Positions 1 through 9,418 are shown, numbered from the stretch's first letter. The stretch is 64,000 nucleotides of DNA from Candidatus Latescibacterota bacterium (GCA_965116875.1 OZ220733.1:3680001-3744000); one strand, 5' to 3'. The notes: generated from the letters alone by a model not told the origin. Numbers and translations: made by a program.

Positions 1-1
1 C

Positions 2-916
2 TACCGCCGGGACCTGATCGCCGACTGGCTGATTCACGCCCTGGAAAAGGCCGGCAGACAGAAAGAGATCGTCCCACTGTGCAAGCGAGAGGCCCCCATC
101 ACCTTGAGTTACAATCGCCTGGTGGGTCGCCTGGTGGCCGAGCGCGAGTGGGACGAAGCGCGGCGCTGGTGCCGGCAGGGGATTGAGGCGATTGCCGACC
201 GATATCCAGGCCTTCAAACGGAGCTTCGAGAGCAGCTGCAGACAATCAACCAGCAAAGCGGCAATCCACTCGCCGGGGTTGCCTTGCAGGCGGAGGAGTT
301 TTTCGCCGGGCCCGGAGCGGAGGGTTTCCAGGCGCTGTGCAATGCCGCCCGCGGGCTGGGCGTTGGCGAGGGCGTCGAGGCGTGGGGCCGGCACTTTCTG
401 CAAACCGGCCGGCGGCCGAGAAGCGGCAGGAGACGAAAGAGCGACCCGAAGATAGACTGGCCGCTGCCTGCTCCGGAAGTCGACATGCCGGCGTCGCGTG
501 ACCATGATGAGGTGCCTATGGTCGACGTGCTGATGCAGTTGGCCATTGCCGAGAAGAAGCCGGACGAGGTGGTGAAGTGGTACGACGAATCCAGAAGGAC
601 CCGGGCTGAGCACTGGCAGCGTGACGCCAACCTTGACGATGAAGTGGCCGACGCCATCGCGACCACCCATCCCGACCGGTCGGTGGCAATCTGGAAGGAA
701 TTGGCGGAGAACGAGATCGCACGTGTAAAGCCGAGCGGATACCGGGAGGCCGTGCCGTATCTGCGCCAGGTCAAAGATGTACTCAGCCGCTCCGGTCGCG
801 AGGGGGAGTGGAAAGAATACCTGGCCGCTCTGAGACAGCAGAACAGGCGCAGACCTCGATGCCTGGAAGAGCTATACAGGCTCGAGGGCGGTCGCCGGCG
901 CATTGTGGACGGTTGA
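2..916 (+). CDS. Helical-repeat hypothetical protein, 5' partial; resembles the C-terminal part of SWIM zinc-finger family proteins
   Basis: Frame is open from the window edge (YRRDLIADWL...); C-terminus 'YREAVPYLRQVK...WKEYLAALRQQNRRRPRCLEEL' is typical of that family. Confidence 0.6.
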   Translation, partial: YRRDLIADWLIHALEKAGRQKEIVPLCKREAPITLSYNRLVGRLVAEREWDEARRWCRQGIEAIADRYPGLQTELREQLQTINQQSGNPLAGVALQAEEFFAGPGAEGFQALCNAARGLGVGEGVEAWGRHFLQTGRRPRSGRRRKSDPKIDWPLPAPEVDMPASRDHDEVPMVDVLMQLAIAEKKPDEVVKWYDESRRTRAEHWQRDANLDDEVADAIATTHPDRSVAIWKELAENEIARVKPSGYREAVPYLRQVKDVLSRSGREGEWKEYLAALRQQNRRRPRCLEELYRLEGGRRRIVDG

Positions 917-974
917 GCCCGGAGTGCCGGTTCGAGAATCCGGATCGAAAAGAACGAAAAAATGGAGGTCAACC

Positions 975-1763
975 ATGGATATGAATCTGAAGGGAAAAGT
1001 CGCACTGGTGACTGGAGCGAATCAGGGGATCGGTCTTGCATCTGCGCTGGGTCTGGCGAAGGAGGGGTGCGACGTTGCGATCTGCGCGCGGCGGGAAGAG
1101 ACGCTCGCAGCGGCGGCTGATCAGATTGAGGCGCTCGGTGTTCGTGTCGCCGCCATTCAGGCCGACGTGCAGAATCCGGACGACGCGGGTAGGTTCGTGG
1201 ATGAGGCCGCCGCACGGCTGGGCGGGATCGACGTTTTGATCAACAACGTTGGCGGCCGGTCCGGCGACAGGTTCATGGACTCGACACACGAGGATTGGGT
1301 GGAGACCTTCGACAGGAACGTGTTCCACGGGGTGCGGCTGACCCGGCTGGTGGTTCCCCACATGCGAGCTCGCTGCGGGGGGTCTGTGGTATTCATTTCC
1401 TCGATCTCGGGATGGATTCCGCAGCTGAGCGGCGCGGTGCAGTACGGCGCGTCCAAGGCCGCGCAGATCTTCATGGCCGAGCCGATAGCGCTCGAACTGG
1501 TGCACGACCGCATCCGCGTGAACGTGGTGTCGCCCGGATCGATCATATTCGAAGGCGGCGGATGGGACAATATGCGTCAGGAAAAGCCGGAAGTATTCGC
1601 CGCTTACGAGAAGAACGGCTTTCCCATGGGAGGCCTGGGCACGCCCGAAAACGTCGCGGACGTGGTCGTGTTCCTGGCTTCGGACCGCTCCCACTGGGTG
1701 AACGGCGAGAACATACGCGCTGACGGACTCGAACAGCCTGTTCCGGCGGTACGTCCGTGGTGA
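975..1763 (+). CDS. SDR family oxidoreductase
   Basis: TGANQGIG, NNVG and YGASK motifs; GGAGG RBS before ATG 975. Confidence 0.92.
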   Translation: MDMNLKGKVALVTGANQGIGLASALGLAKEGCDVAICARREETLAAAADQIEALGVRVAAIQADVQNPDDAGRFVDEAAARLGGIDVLINNVGGRSGDRFMDSTHEDWVETFDRNVFHGVRLTRLVVPHMRARCGGSVVFISSISGWIPQLSGAVQYGASKAAQIFMAEPIALELVHDRIRVNVVSPGSIIFEGGGWDNMRQEKPEVFAAYEKNGFPMGGLGTPENVADVVVFLASDRSHWVNGENIRADGLEQPVPAVRPW

Positions 1764-1789
1764 GCGCGGGACAAAAGAGGAATCCCGGG

Positions 1790-2449
1790 ATGATGGTTCC
1801 CAACGAAGATCTGAATGTTCGGCGGTCAAGGACGCGCGAGATTATTGGTTTGCTGAAGGGGATTTATCCCGACGCCGAATGTTCGCTGACGTACGAAAAC
1901 CCGCTCCAGCTGTTGATCGCCACGATTCTCTCCGCGCAATGTACGGACGAACGGGTCAATATGGTGACGCCGATCCTCTTCGAGCGCTATCCCACGGCAG
2001 CGGATTATGCCGATGCGCCGCCGGAGGAATTGGAGGATGTGATCCGTTCCACGGGGTTCTTCCGCAACAAGGCGCGAAACATCCAGGGCTGTTGCCAGGC
2101 GCTGGTCGTCAGACATGGCGGCGAGGTTCCGCGTTCGATGGATGAACTGGTCGCGCTGGACGGCGTTGGTCGAAAGACCGCCAACGTGGTTCTGGGCAAT
2201 GCGTTCGGTATTGCCGAAGGCGTGGTGGTGGATACGCATGTCCGCCGCATTTCCAATCGTCTGGGTCTGACCCGAAGGCAGGACCCGGTCAAAATAGAAC
2301 AGGATCTGATCGTTCTCGTGCCAAGGAAAGACTGGGTGGACCTGCCGCATCTGTTTATCCATCATGGGCGAGCGATATGCAGCGCCAGGGCGCCTGACTG
2401 CGATGCGTGCGGCGTGGGTGCGCTATGCCCTTCACAGGGTCGGGCGTGA
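1790..2449 (+). CDS. nth: Endonuclease III
   Basis: LLIATILSAQCTD, HhH LDGVGRKTANVVL, VDTHV, 4Fe-4S C-x6-C-x2-C-x5-C; start uncertain (1757-1793). Confidence 0.95.
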   Translation: MMVPNEDLNVRRSRTREIIGLLKGIYPDAECSLTYENPLQLLIATILSAQCTDERVNMVTPILFERYPTAADYADAPPEELEDVIRSTGFFRNKARNIQGCCQALVVRHGGEVPRSMDELVALDGVGRKTANVVLGNAFGIAEGVVVDTHVRRISNRLGLTRRQDPVKIEQDLIVLVPRKDWVDLPHLFIHHGRAICSARAPDCDACGVGALCPSQGRA

Positions 2450-2556
2450 CTTCGCGGTCGTAAGAGATTGCCATTGCCGGCACAGATCGGTTGGAGCCTT
2501 TCTCCGTCGTTTTTGGAAACGGCGGATTTTTTGTCGAAATTTGTCGAAATTGGGGC

Positions 2557-2585
2557 TTGACTTTCGGCATCTGCAAGGATAAATT
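2557..2585 (+). promoter_or_regulatory. Sigma70-type promoter for the dksA-like gene
   Basis: TTGACT-17 nt-TAAATT, preceded by tandem TTGTCGAAAT x2 (2531-2550). Confidence 0.55.
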
Positions 2586-2763
2586 TTCGTCCGAAAAATT
2601 GGACCTGGAACAGTCTGTATCCGGGATCGGGGCCGGTCCAGTTGAGAAAAGTCGTGTGGTTTTGTGAGCATTTTCGGGAGAAAGATATCGACGACATTTT
2701 CTGTTGTCGATATCGGATGTAGATTTCAGAGGTCAGGATTGGCGCCGGGGAGGTAAAGGGCAT

Positions 2764-3198
2764 ATGGCTGAGAAACTGTCTCTCGAAAGGCTTGCGTTCT
2801 TCAAACGGCTCCTGCTGGATCGAAAGAAGGACCTGCTGAAGCATACGCTCCTGGAAGATGCGGACATCAATGAACTGAGAAGCGATCGCTCGGCGGACCC
2901 GTTCGATATGGCAGGAAACGCATCTTCCGTTGAGCTGATGGCAACGCTGGGCAACAACGAGCGCCGTGAGCTTGCGGAGATCGACCACGCGCTGGGCAAG
3001 ATCGACGAAGGCACGTACGGTATCTGCGAGGTGTCGGGGGAACTGATCGGTGAAATGCGGCTGGAAGCCATTCCCACGGCGCGGTATACCATGCAGGTCC
3101 AGCAGGAACGGGAACGGAACCCACAATTCGTCGACCGGCCAAGACGCCGCGTCATCTCGGCAGAGGACCTTCCGATGAGCGGCGACGAAGACTCCTGA
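2764..3198 (+). CDS. dksA: TraR/DksA family transcription factor, single-Cys variant
   Basis: DPFDMA coiled-coil tip; IDHALGKIDEGTYGICEVSGELIGEMRLEAIPTARY. Confidence 0.85.
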   Translation: MAEKLSLERLAFFKRLLLDRKKDLLKHTLLEDADINELRSDRSADPFDMAGNASSVELMATLGNNERRELAEIDHALGKIDEGTYGICEVSGELIGEMRLEAIPTARYTMQVQQERERNPQFVDRPRRRVISAEDLPMSGDEDS

Positions 3199-3222
3199 CG
3201 TGGAGCGAAATGGGGGCACAAA

Positions 3223-3252
3223 GGGCGATTCGAAGCAGGATCGCCTTTTTTT
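3223..3252 (+). terminator. Intrinsic terminator
   Basis: GGCGAT...ATCGCC stem followed by a T-tract. Confidence 0.65.
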
Positions 3253-3261
3253 GTTTCTGTA

Positions 3262-3445
3262 ACCACAAGGGGAGGACGGTACGCATGAAAACCATGGCAC
3301 CCACAAGGGGTGCCCCTACGATGAGGGGGTACCCATCGGGACGGGGATGGTTACATGCATCCACCGCTTGTTAGCGCGCATATGGCAATGCAGCGCGAAT
3401 TTTATCGGATTGTCGTGCACGTAGGGGCGTTCCTTGTGGGCGCCC
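3262..3445. repeat. GTAG-type REP cluster (2 good copies, 1 degenerate)
   Basis: 3296-3320 reverse complement = CGTAGGGGCACCCCTTGTGGGTGCC; 3420-3444 = CGTAGGGGCGTTCCTTGTGGGCGCC; partial copy at 3262-3283. Confidence 0.75.
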
Positions 3446-3473
3446 GGCATTGGTATCTGCACAGGGCCGTTTT

Positions 3474-4235
3474 TCACCCTCTTACGGCTTCGACCATGTT
3501 GCGGCAGCCGTGGAGGTAGATGCCGGTGTCTACCGACAGAGCGATGTATCGCACGCCGGCGTCGATCCAGCGTTTCGCCGCGTCGGGGCTGTCTGCAAAG
3601 GTACCCACGGTGAGTCCGGCCTTATTGATCTCAACGGTAGCCTCTCGCATACGGTCCACCACGCGCGGATCGCTCACCTGTCCCGGGATACCCAGTGACT
3701 GGGAGAGGTCGTAAGGACCCAGGAAGACCACGTCCAGGCCGGGTACGGCGATGATCGCGTCCAGGTTTTCCAGGCCCTCCACGCCTTCCACGTGGATCAG
3801 GACCATGGACTCCCTGTTCAGGCGCTCGAAGATCTGTCCGCCTTCCGCGAAGTACCGGGCCGCGCGGGTGTAGGGCGAAACGCCCCGCATCCCCAGCGGC
3901 GCGTACTTCGCCGCCTCCACGAGCGACTCGGCGTCGGAACGGGTGCGTATCTGCGGGACCTGGACGCCCTCCGGGCCGATGTCCAGCGCCCGGAGCACCT
4001 GGGGCGGGTCGTTTTCCCGGACGCGCACGATCGGGGATATCCCGGCGCCCTTCGCCACGCGGCACAGGTTCTCGGTGGTCTCGATGTCCAGCGGACCGTG
4101 TTCGGTGTCCAGGATGACGAAGTCAAAGCCGGCGTACGCGGCGATTTCGACGAGGGCGCCGGATGCGAGGTTGACAAAGGGGCCCAGGACGACTTCGCCG
4201 GCGTTCAGTTTGGCTTTCAGGCTGATTTCAGACAT
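3474..4235 (-). CDS. HpcH/HpaI aldolase family protein
   Basis: GFDFVILDTEHG, RALDIG, KYAPLGMRG, FLGPYDLSQSLG. Confidence 0.92.
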   Translation of the reverse strand: MSEISLKAKLNAGEVVLGPFVNLASGALVEIAAYAGFDFVILDTEHGPLDIETTENLCRVAKGAGISPIVRVRENDPPQVLRALDIGPEGVQVPQIRTRSDAESLVEAAKYAPLGMRGVSPYTRAARYFAEGGQIFERLNRESMVLIHVEGVEGLENLDAIIAVPGLDVVFLGPYDLSQSLGIPGQVSDPRVVDRMREATVEINKAGLTVGTFADSPDAAKRWIDAGVRYIALSVDTGIYLHGCRNMVEAVRG

Positions 4236-4284
4236 GGCGCATCTCCGCGACAGGGGTCGGATCTTTGGAACGGTTGAATCGTCA

Positions 4285-4367
4285 AATATAGCCCGCCACC
4301 GAAAACGTGTAAAGCGGAAAGCCCCGGCGCCGGGCCGCTTGACATTCGAACGCCGCATCCGTATATA
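4285..4367. promoter_or_regulatory. Divergent sigma70 promoters (aldolase and small ORF)
   Basis: Minus strand TTTACA-17-TATATT (4313-4285); plus strand TTGACA-17-TATATA (4339-4367). Confidence 0.6.
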
Positions 4368-4402
4368 TGAGGCATGAAATCTGCAGCGGGAAGGAGGCCG
4401 GA

Positions 4403-4531
4403 ATGAACACCGATCTGCGAGAATTCGCATTACGCCTTAAAGTCATCGAGATTCTCAAAAGATACTGCTGGGTACGGCACCAGCTGAGGGTCATTCAACT
4501 CTGGAAGAAACTCTACATCCATCCGAATTGA
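4403..4531 (+). CDS. 42-aa small basic protein (not in the ORF track)
   Basis: AAGGAGG RBS at 4391-4397; MNTDLREFALRLKVIEILKRYCWVRHQLRVIQLWKKLYIHPN; promoter upstream and terminator downstream. Confidence 0.7.
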   Translation: MNTDLREFALRLKVIEILKRYCWVRHQLRVIQLWKKLYIHPN

Positions 4532-4554
4532 CTTATGCGAATCGAATGCTGATC

Positions 4555-4588
4555 AGGCGCCCGGGCGGAGACGGTCCGGGCGCCTTTC
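4555..4588 (+). terminator. Intrinsic terminator after the small ORF
   Basis: AGGCGCCCGG...CCGGGCGCCT stem followed by TTCT. Confidence 0.65.
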
Positions 4589-4707
4589 TATTGTCCGGGA
4601 CATCGGTCGAGCGGCCGTTGGGAGACGCCGGTTCCCAACACGGGCACATCCCATCGAGATGATTTGGGTTGATCGTCATCCGTCGATTCGTTAGATTTCC
4701 GGCCGAT

Positions 4708-5382
4708 ATGGCTTCCGGACAGGACAGGATTCGCGAGGTTTTCGACCGGTTGATGGATGCTTTCGGACCCCAGGGCTGGTGGCCGGCGGAAATCCCGTTC
4801 GAAACCATGGTCGGGGCCATATTGACGCAGAATACGGCCTGGACGAACGTGGAACGAGCGATGGGCAGGCTCAAGGGCGCCGGTGCGCTGGATGCCGGGA
4901 CCATGCTCGATATGCCCGAAGTCGAACTGCAAACCCTCATCCGCCCCGCGGGTACCTTCCGCGTAAAGGCCAGGAGGCTGAAGGCATTTCTGGCGTACTT
5001 TGTTTCCGAGTACGGCGCCGACGTTTCACGGATGGCGGACGTCCCCGCAGGGCGTCTGCGCGAGGAACTGCTGTCGGTAAACGGGATCGGACCCGAAACC
5101 GCGGACTGCATCCTGCTGTATGCGCTTGATAAGCCGAGTTTTGTGGTGGATGCATACACGCGGCGGGTTTTCGGACGACTGGGACTGCTGGACCCGAGGC
5201 TCGACTATCACGACATACAGCGCAAGTTTCAGGCCGCGGTGCCCGTAGATGCCGAGGTCTTCAACGAGTATCATGCGCTGATCGTGGCGCTGGGCAAGAA
5301 GGTGTGCCTGCCAATGCCCCGGTGTGGACAGTGCGTGTTGAACGCGATTTGTGAAACGGGAGGAACGAATGGCCAGGTTTGA
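4708..5382 (+). CDS. Endonuclease III-related HhH-GPD glycosylase
   Basis: GPQGWWP, GAILTQNTAWTNVE, GIGPETADCILLY, VDAYTRR, C-terminal Cys cluster. Confidence 0.9.
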   Translation: MASGQDRIREVFDRLMDAFGPQGWWPAEIPFETMVGAILTQNTAWTNVERAMGRLKGAGALDAGTMLDMPEVELQTLIRPAGTFRVKARRLKAFLAYFVSEYGADVSRMADVPAGRLREELLSVNGIGPETADCILLYALDKPSFVVDAYTRRVFGRLGLLDPRLDYHDIQRKFQAAVPVDAEVFNEYHALIVALGKKVCLPMPRCGQCVLNAICETGGTNGQV

Positions 5383-6193
5383 GCTGTGTTTCAATACCAG
5401 TACGGTCAAGCCCGCGTCCCTGGACGAGAAGATCCGCGCGGCGGGCGACGCGGGTTATGATTCGATTGAACTCTGGAACGACGACCTCACGGAATGGGAA
5501 CGGGGCGGTGGGACGTTGTCCGACATCAGACTGATGCTGGATGACCACAATCTCACGGTGCCCGACGTGGTCCATCTTTCCGGTTGGATGGACGCGGAGG
5601 ATTCGGTTTTCGAGTCAGAGCTTCTCGCGGAGGCCCGGCGGCGGATGGAACAGGGCGTGGCTGTCGGCGCGGCGCGCATCATAGCCGGACCCACGCTCGG
5701 TCGGGCGGACCTGAACCTGGCCGCGGACCGTTATTGCAGGCTGATGGAACTGGGGCAGGAGGTTGGATGTCTGCCCGCACTCGAATTCCTGGGCTTCGTG
5801 GAGCACGTCAATAACGTCGACGTGTTGATGGAGATCGTTTCGCTCACGGACCATCCGGGAACCACGGTGGTGATGGACGCGTTCCACATCTATCGCGGCG
5901 GCGGGCGGGACGAGGATATCCTGAAAGTGCCGGGGGCGCAGGTGTCCATTTTCCATATTGACGATGCGCCGCGAACGGACCGCCCGAGGGAAGCGCTTGC
6001 GGACGGTGACCGGGTGTATCCCGGCGACGGGATTCTGGACCTGCGAAAGATGCTGGAGATGCTGGCCTCGCAGGGATTTTCCGGCCCGGTGTCGCTGGAA
6101 CTGTTCAATGAAGACCTCTGGCGACAGGACCCGGGCGAAGTGGCCCGGGTGGGCGCGGAGAAGGTGAGACGACTGATCGAGACCGTGGAATGA
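5369..6193 (+). CDS. Sugar-phosphate isomerase/epimerase (xylose isomerase-like TIM barrel)
   Basis: ALEFLG, MDAFHIYRG, FHIDD, RVYPGDG, SLELFN. Confidence 0.88.
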   Translation: MARFELCFNTSTVKPASLDEKIRAAGDAGYDSIELWNDDLTEWERGGGTLSDIRLMLDDHNLTVPDVVHLSGWMDAEDSVFESELLAEARRRMEQGVAVGAARIIAGPTLGRADLNLAADRYCRLMELGQEVGCLPALEFLGFVEHVNNVDVLMEIVSLTDHPGTTVVMDAFHIYRGGGRDEDILKVPGAQVSIFHIDDAPRTDRPREALADGDRVYPGDGILDLRKMLEMLASQGFSGPVSLELFNEDLWRQDPGEVARVGAEKVRRLIETVE

Positions 6194-7194
6194 ATGCGCA
6201 AAGCCGCGACATGGTAACCGTTGGCAAAACGGCGATCCCCGGATCGACCGTACTTGCGCCCCTGGCCGGTGTCACGGACCGTTCTTTCCGGCTGCTGTGC
6301 CGTGAGCAGGGAGCGGGTCTGGCCGTGACGGAGATGGTGAGCGCCAAAGGCCTGGCGGACGGCAGCGAACGTTCGAGCCGGTACCTGGACTTCGACGGAG
6401 ACGAGCATCCGATTTCCGTGCAGATATTCGGTTCCGAACCCGAAGAAATGGCCGAAGGCGCGCGGGTGGCGGCCGAGCGCAATCCCGATATGCTGGACAT
6501 CAATTGCGGTTGTCCCGTGAAGAAGATCGTGAACCGGCGCGCGGGCGCGGCCCTGTTGAAGGACCCGTCGCGGCTGGGCAGGATCGTATCGGCGATGGCG
6601 CGGGCGGTCTCCATCCCGGTTACGTTGAAGATGCGCAGCGGATGGGACGATGCGGAAAGGGCATCCGACGTCGCGCGCCTGGCCGAGGACATGGGCGCCG
6701 CCGCGATTGCCGTGCATGGCCGGACGCGCCAGGCCGGCTTCTCGGGCCGGGCGGACTGGGACGTGATCCGGGAAGTATCCGAAGCCGTATCGATTCCCGT
6801 CATCGGCAACGGAGACGTCAGGGACCCGCTGGCGGCGAAAGACATGATGGAGCAGACCGGATGTGATCTCGTGATGGTGGGCCGATGGGCAATTGGCGAT
6901 CCGTGGCTGTTCGGACGGATCGAGCATTATCTGACGACCGGTGTGATGCCGGCCGCGCCGACCGCGGGCGAACGGGTGAGGATGGCGGTCCGGCACCTGC
7001 GACTCTCGGTACAAAGCAAGGGGCTGCCCGCCGGGGTCCGTGAGATGAGAAGGCACCTGGCCGCGTATATCAAGGGGATCGACGGCGCGTCGGCGTATCG
7101 GCGCGAATTGATGACGGAGGACGACCCGGATGCGGTCGAAGCGATTCTGAGCGCCATCCGTCTGAATGCAGAGGAGGTATCGGGTGAGGCCTGA
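6190..7194 (+). CDS. dusB: tRNA-dihydrouridine synthase
   Basis: LAPLAGVTD, DINCGCPVKK, VHGRTR, IGNGDV. Confidence 0.93.
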   Translation: MNAQSRDMVTVGKTAIPGSTVLAPLAGVTDRSFRLLCREQGAGLAVTEMVSAKGLADGSERSSRYLDFDGDEHPISVQIFGSEPEEMAEGARVAAERNPDMLDINCGCPVKKIVNRRAGAALLKDPSRLGRIVSAMARAVSIPVTLKMRSGWDDAERASDVARLAEDMGAAAIAVHGRTRQAGFSGRADWDVIREVSEAVSIPVIGNGDVRDPLAAKDMMEQTGCDLVMVGRWAIGDPWLFGRIEHYLTTGVMPAAPTAGERVRMAVRHLRLSVQSKGLPAGVREMRRHLAAYIKGIDGASAYRRELMTEDDPDAVEAILSAIRLNAEEVSGEA

Positions 7195-7960
7195 GCAGGT
7201 CCGGCACGTACTGGAGGCGGTTCGCGGGAACGAACTGGACGTGGACAGCGCGATGGATCGGTTAAAGAATCTGCCGTTTGAAGACCTGGGGTTCGCGCAC
7301 GTGGACCATCACCGGGCAATGCGGCAGGGGTTCCCCGAGGTGATTTTCTGCCAGGGCAAGACCGCCGAACAGGTGGTGGAAATCGCACGCCGGATTTCGG
7401 ACGCGGGCTCCACGCTTCTGGCAACCCGGGCCGACCGCGCTCACGCGGACGCGGTTCGTTCCGCGTTGCCGGGGGTGGATGACAACCCCGTCGCGAGAAC
7501 GTTGCTGTTACACGGTCGTACTCGGGGCGACGTCGCAACGGTGGGCGAGGTCCTCGTCATTTCGGCGGGAACGTCCGATCTTCCGGTTGCGGAAGAAGCG
7601 GTCGTGACGGCAGAGGCGATGGGAAGCCGGGTGAAGAAGCTGTACGACGTGGGTGTCGCGGGGATTCACCGGTTGTTCGCCTACAGGGAACAAATCGATC
7701 GGGCGGCGGCGATTGTGGTTGTGGCGGGAATGGAGGGCGCGTTGCCGTCGGTCGTGGGTGGTCTTGTGGGAGTACCCGTGATTGCGGTGCCCACCAGCGT
7801 GGGCTATGGCGCGAGCTTTGGCGGACTCGCCGCGTTGCTGGGTACGTTGAATTCCTGTGCGCCCGGCGTTGCGGTGGTGAATATCGACAATGGATTCGGC
7901 GCCGGTTTTTTCGCGGGTCTCGTCACGCGCGCGCAGGGCCATGGAACGGATGGATCGTAG
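7184..7960 (+). CDS. larB: Nickel-pincer cofactor biosynthesis protein LarB
   Basis: DHHRAMRQGFPEVIFCQGKT, AGTSDLPVAEEA, AGMEGALPSVVGG, VVNIDNGFGA. Confidence 0.93.
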   Translation: MRPEQVRHVLEAVRGNELDVDSAMDRLKNLPFEDLGFAHVDHHRAMRQGFPEVIFCQGKTAEQVVEIARRISDAGSTLLATRADRAHADAVRSALPGVDDNPVARTLLLHGRTRGDVATVGEVLVISAGTSDLPVAEEAVVTAEAMGSRVKKLYDVGVAGIHRLFAYREQIDRAAAIVVVAGMEGALPSVVGGLVGVPVIAVPTSVGYGASFGGLAALLGTLNSCAPGVAVVNIDNGFGAGFFAGLVTRAQGHGTDGS

Positions 7961-7963
7961 CCG

Positions 7964-9418
7964 CTACCGGCGTCCCAGGCCGAGGCGGTTCTCGATGGAA
8001 AAGGGGCGTCCGTCCGTATCCGCGAGCGGTCGCGCCGGGAACGAGCCTTTCGTTTTGAGACTGAAAACGACCAGAAAGAGCAGCGCAACGGGTACGGCGA
8101 GCAGGTCTGCCGGCAGGTTCGGCGCCAGATAGATGAGGCAGATCCAGGCGATGAAGCCCGAACCCATGGATGCGAGCGCGCCGGGCAGATTGGACCTGGG
8201 CCACCAGATACCGGCGGTGAGCGGCACGAAGAGGGTGGCCAGAAGGATCGACCACGAATTTACCATCAGCGTGTAGACGGTATTGTGCGCCAGCGCCAGG
8301 TAGAGGGCGATCATCCCCAGAAGAGGGACGCTGACGCGGCAGATCCTGAGAATGGAACGTTCGTCGGCGTCCGGACGGACGTAACGGGCCAGGTCCCATC
8401 CAATCACGCTGGCAGGGGCGAGCAGGGCGCTGTCCGCGCTGCTCATCAGGGCGGATACGAGAGCGCCCAGGAATACCGCCATCGCCAGGGGCGAGAGGTA
8501 TTTCATGCCCAGCTGCATCATGATCATATCCGGGTCGGCGATGTTGGGAAAGATGAGGGTCCCGGCGATGCCGAGAAAGACCGGCAGCAGCCCCACCGTG
8601 AGATAGAGCGCACCGGCAAGGTAGGCGCTGTTCTGTGCGACGGTCTCGCTCCTGCTGGAAAGGCTGCGCTGAATCAGATCCTGACCCGCCAGATTCCCAA
8701 GGCCGATGACCAGCCAGTCCCGGGCGTAGGCGAACCAGCCGGGCGCGCCGGCGTCACGCGGATACATGTAGAACCGTTCTTCCGGAATACGCGCGCTGAT
8801 GGCCGACCAGCCTCCCATATCGTTCAGCAGCAGCGGCGTGATAACCAGAAGCCCCACCGTCAATACGGCAACCTGGATGGAGTCCGTCAGCGTGACCGCC
8901 CACATGCCCCCCGCGGTCGTGTACACCAGGACGATAGCCGCGCCGATACAGATGCCCAGGGTGGGGTCGAGTCCGGTAAGCGACTGGATTACCCGCCCGA
9001 AGGCGACCATGAGAGACGCCACCCAACCCAGATACGCGGGAATGGTGCACAGTGCGGCGACAGCGCCGGCGGAGGGCCCGAAGCGGCTTTCGAAAAAGCC
9101 CGCGATGGTGGTCAGGCCCATCCTGCGCATGATCCTGACGTAGAAGAGTCCCGCCAGAAAGAGGCAGAGGGCCGCGCCGAACGGATCGGCGATAACGCCC
9201 GGAAAACCTTTCTTGTAGGCCTCGCTTGCAGCGCCGATGACGATCCCGCCCCCGAACCACGTGGCCGCCAGGGTCCCCGTGGCCAGCCAGATCCCCAGCC
9301 TCCGTCCCGCAACGATGAAGTCCGCGGAACCCTTGATCCGCCGGCCGGCGTACAGTCCCACCGCGAGCGTCAGCAGGACGTAGATCGAAAGACCGAGGAT
9401 GATAGGAAGGTTGTGCAT
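7964..9418 (-). CDS. Sodium:solute symporter family transporter
   Basis: DFIVAGRRL, TWFGGG, GGMWAVTLTD, SALMSSADS; many transmembrane helices. Confidence 0.92.
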   Translation of the reverse strand: MHNLPIILGLSIYVLLTLAVGLYAGRRIKGSADFIVAGRRLGIWLATGTLAATWFGGGIVIGAASEAYKKGFPGVIADPFGAALCLFLAGLFYVRIMRRMGLTTIAGFFESRFGPSAGAVAALCTIPAYLGWVASLMVAFGRVIQSLTGLDPTLGICIGAAIVLVYTTAGGMWAVTLTDSIQVAVLTVGLLVITPLLLNDMGGWSAISARIPEERFYMYPRDAGAPGWFAYARDWLVIGLGNLAGQDLIQRSLSSRSETVAQNSAYLAGALYLTVGLLPVFLGIAGTLIFPNIADPDMIMMQLGMKYLSPLAMAVFLGALVSALMSSADSALLAPASVIGWDLARYVRPDADERSILRICRVSVPLLGMIALYLALAHNTVYTLMVNSWSILLATLFVPLTAGIWWPRSNLPGALASMGSGFIAWICLIYLAPNLPADLLAVPVALLFLVVFSLKTKGSFPARPLADTDGRPFSIENRLGLGRR

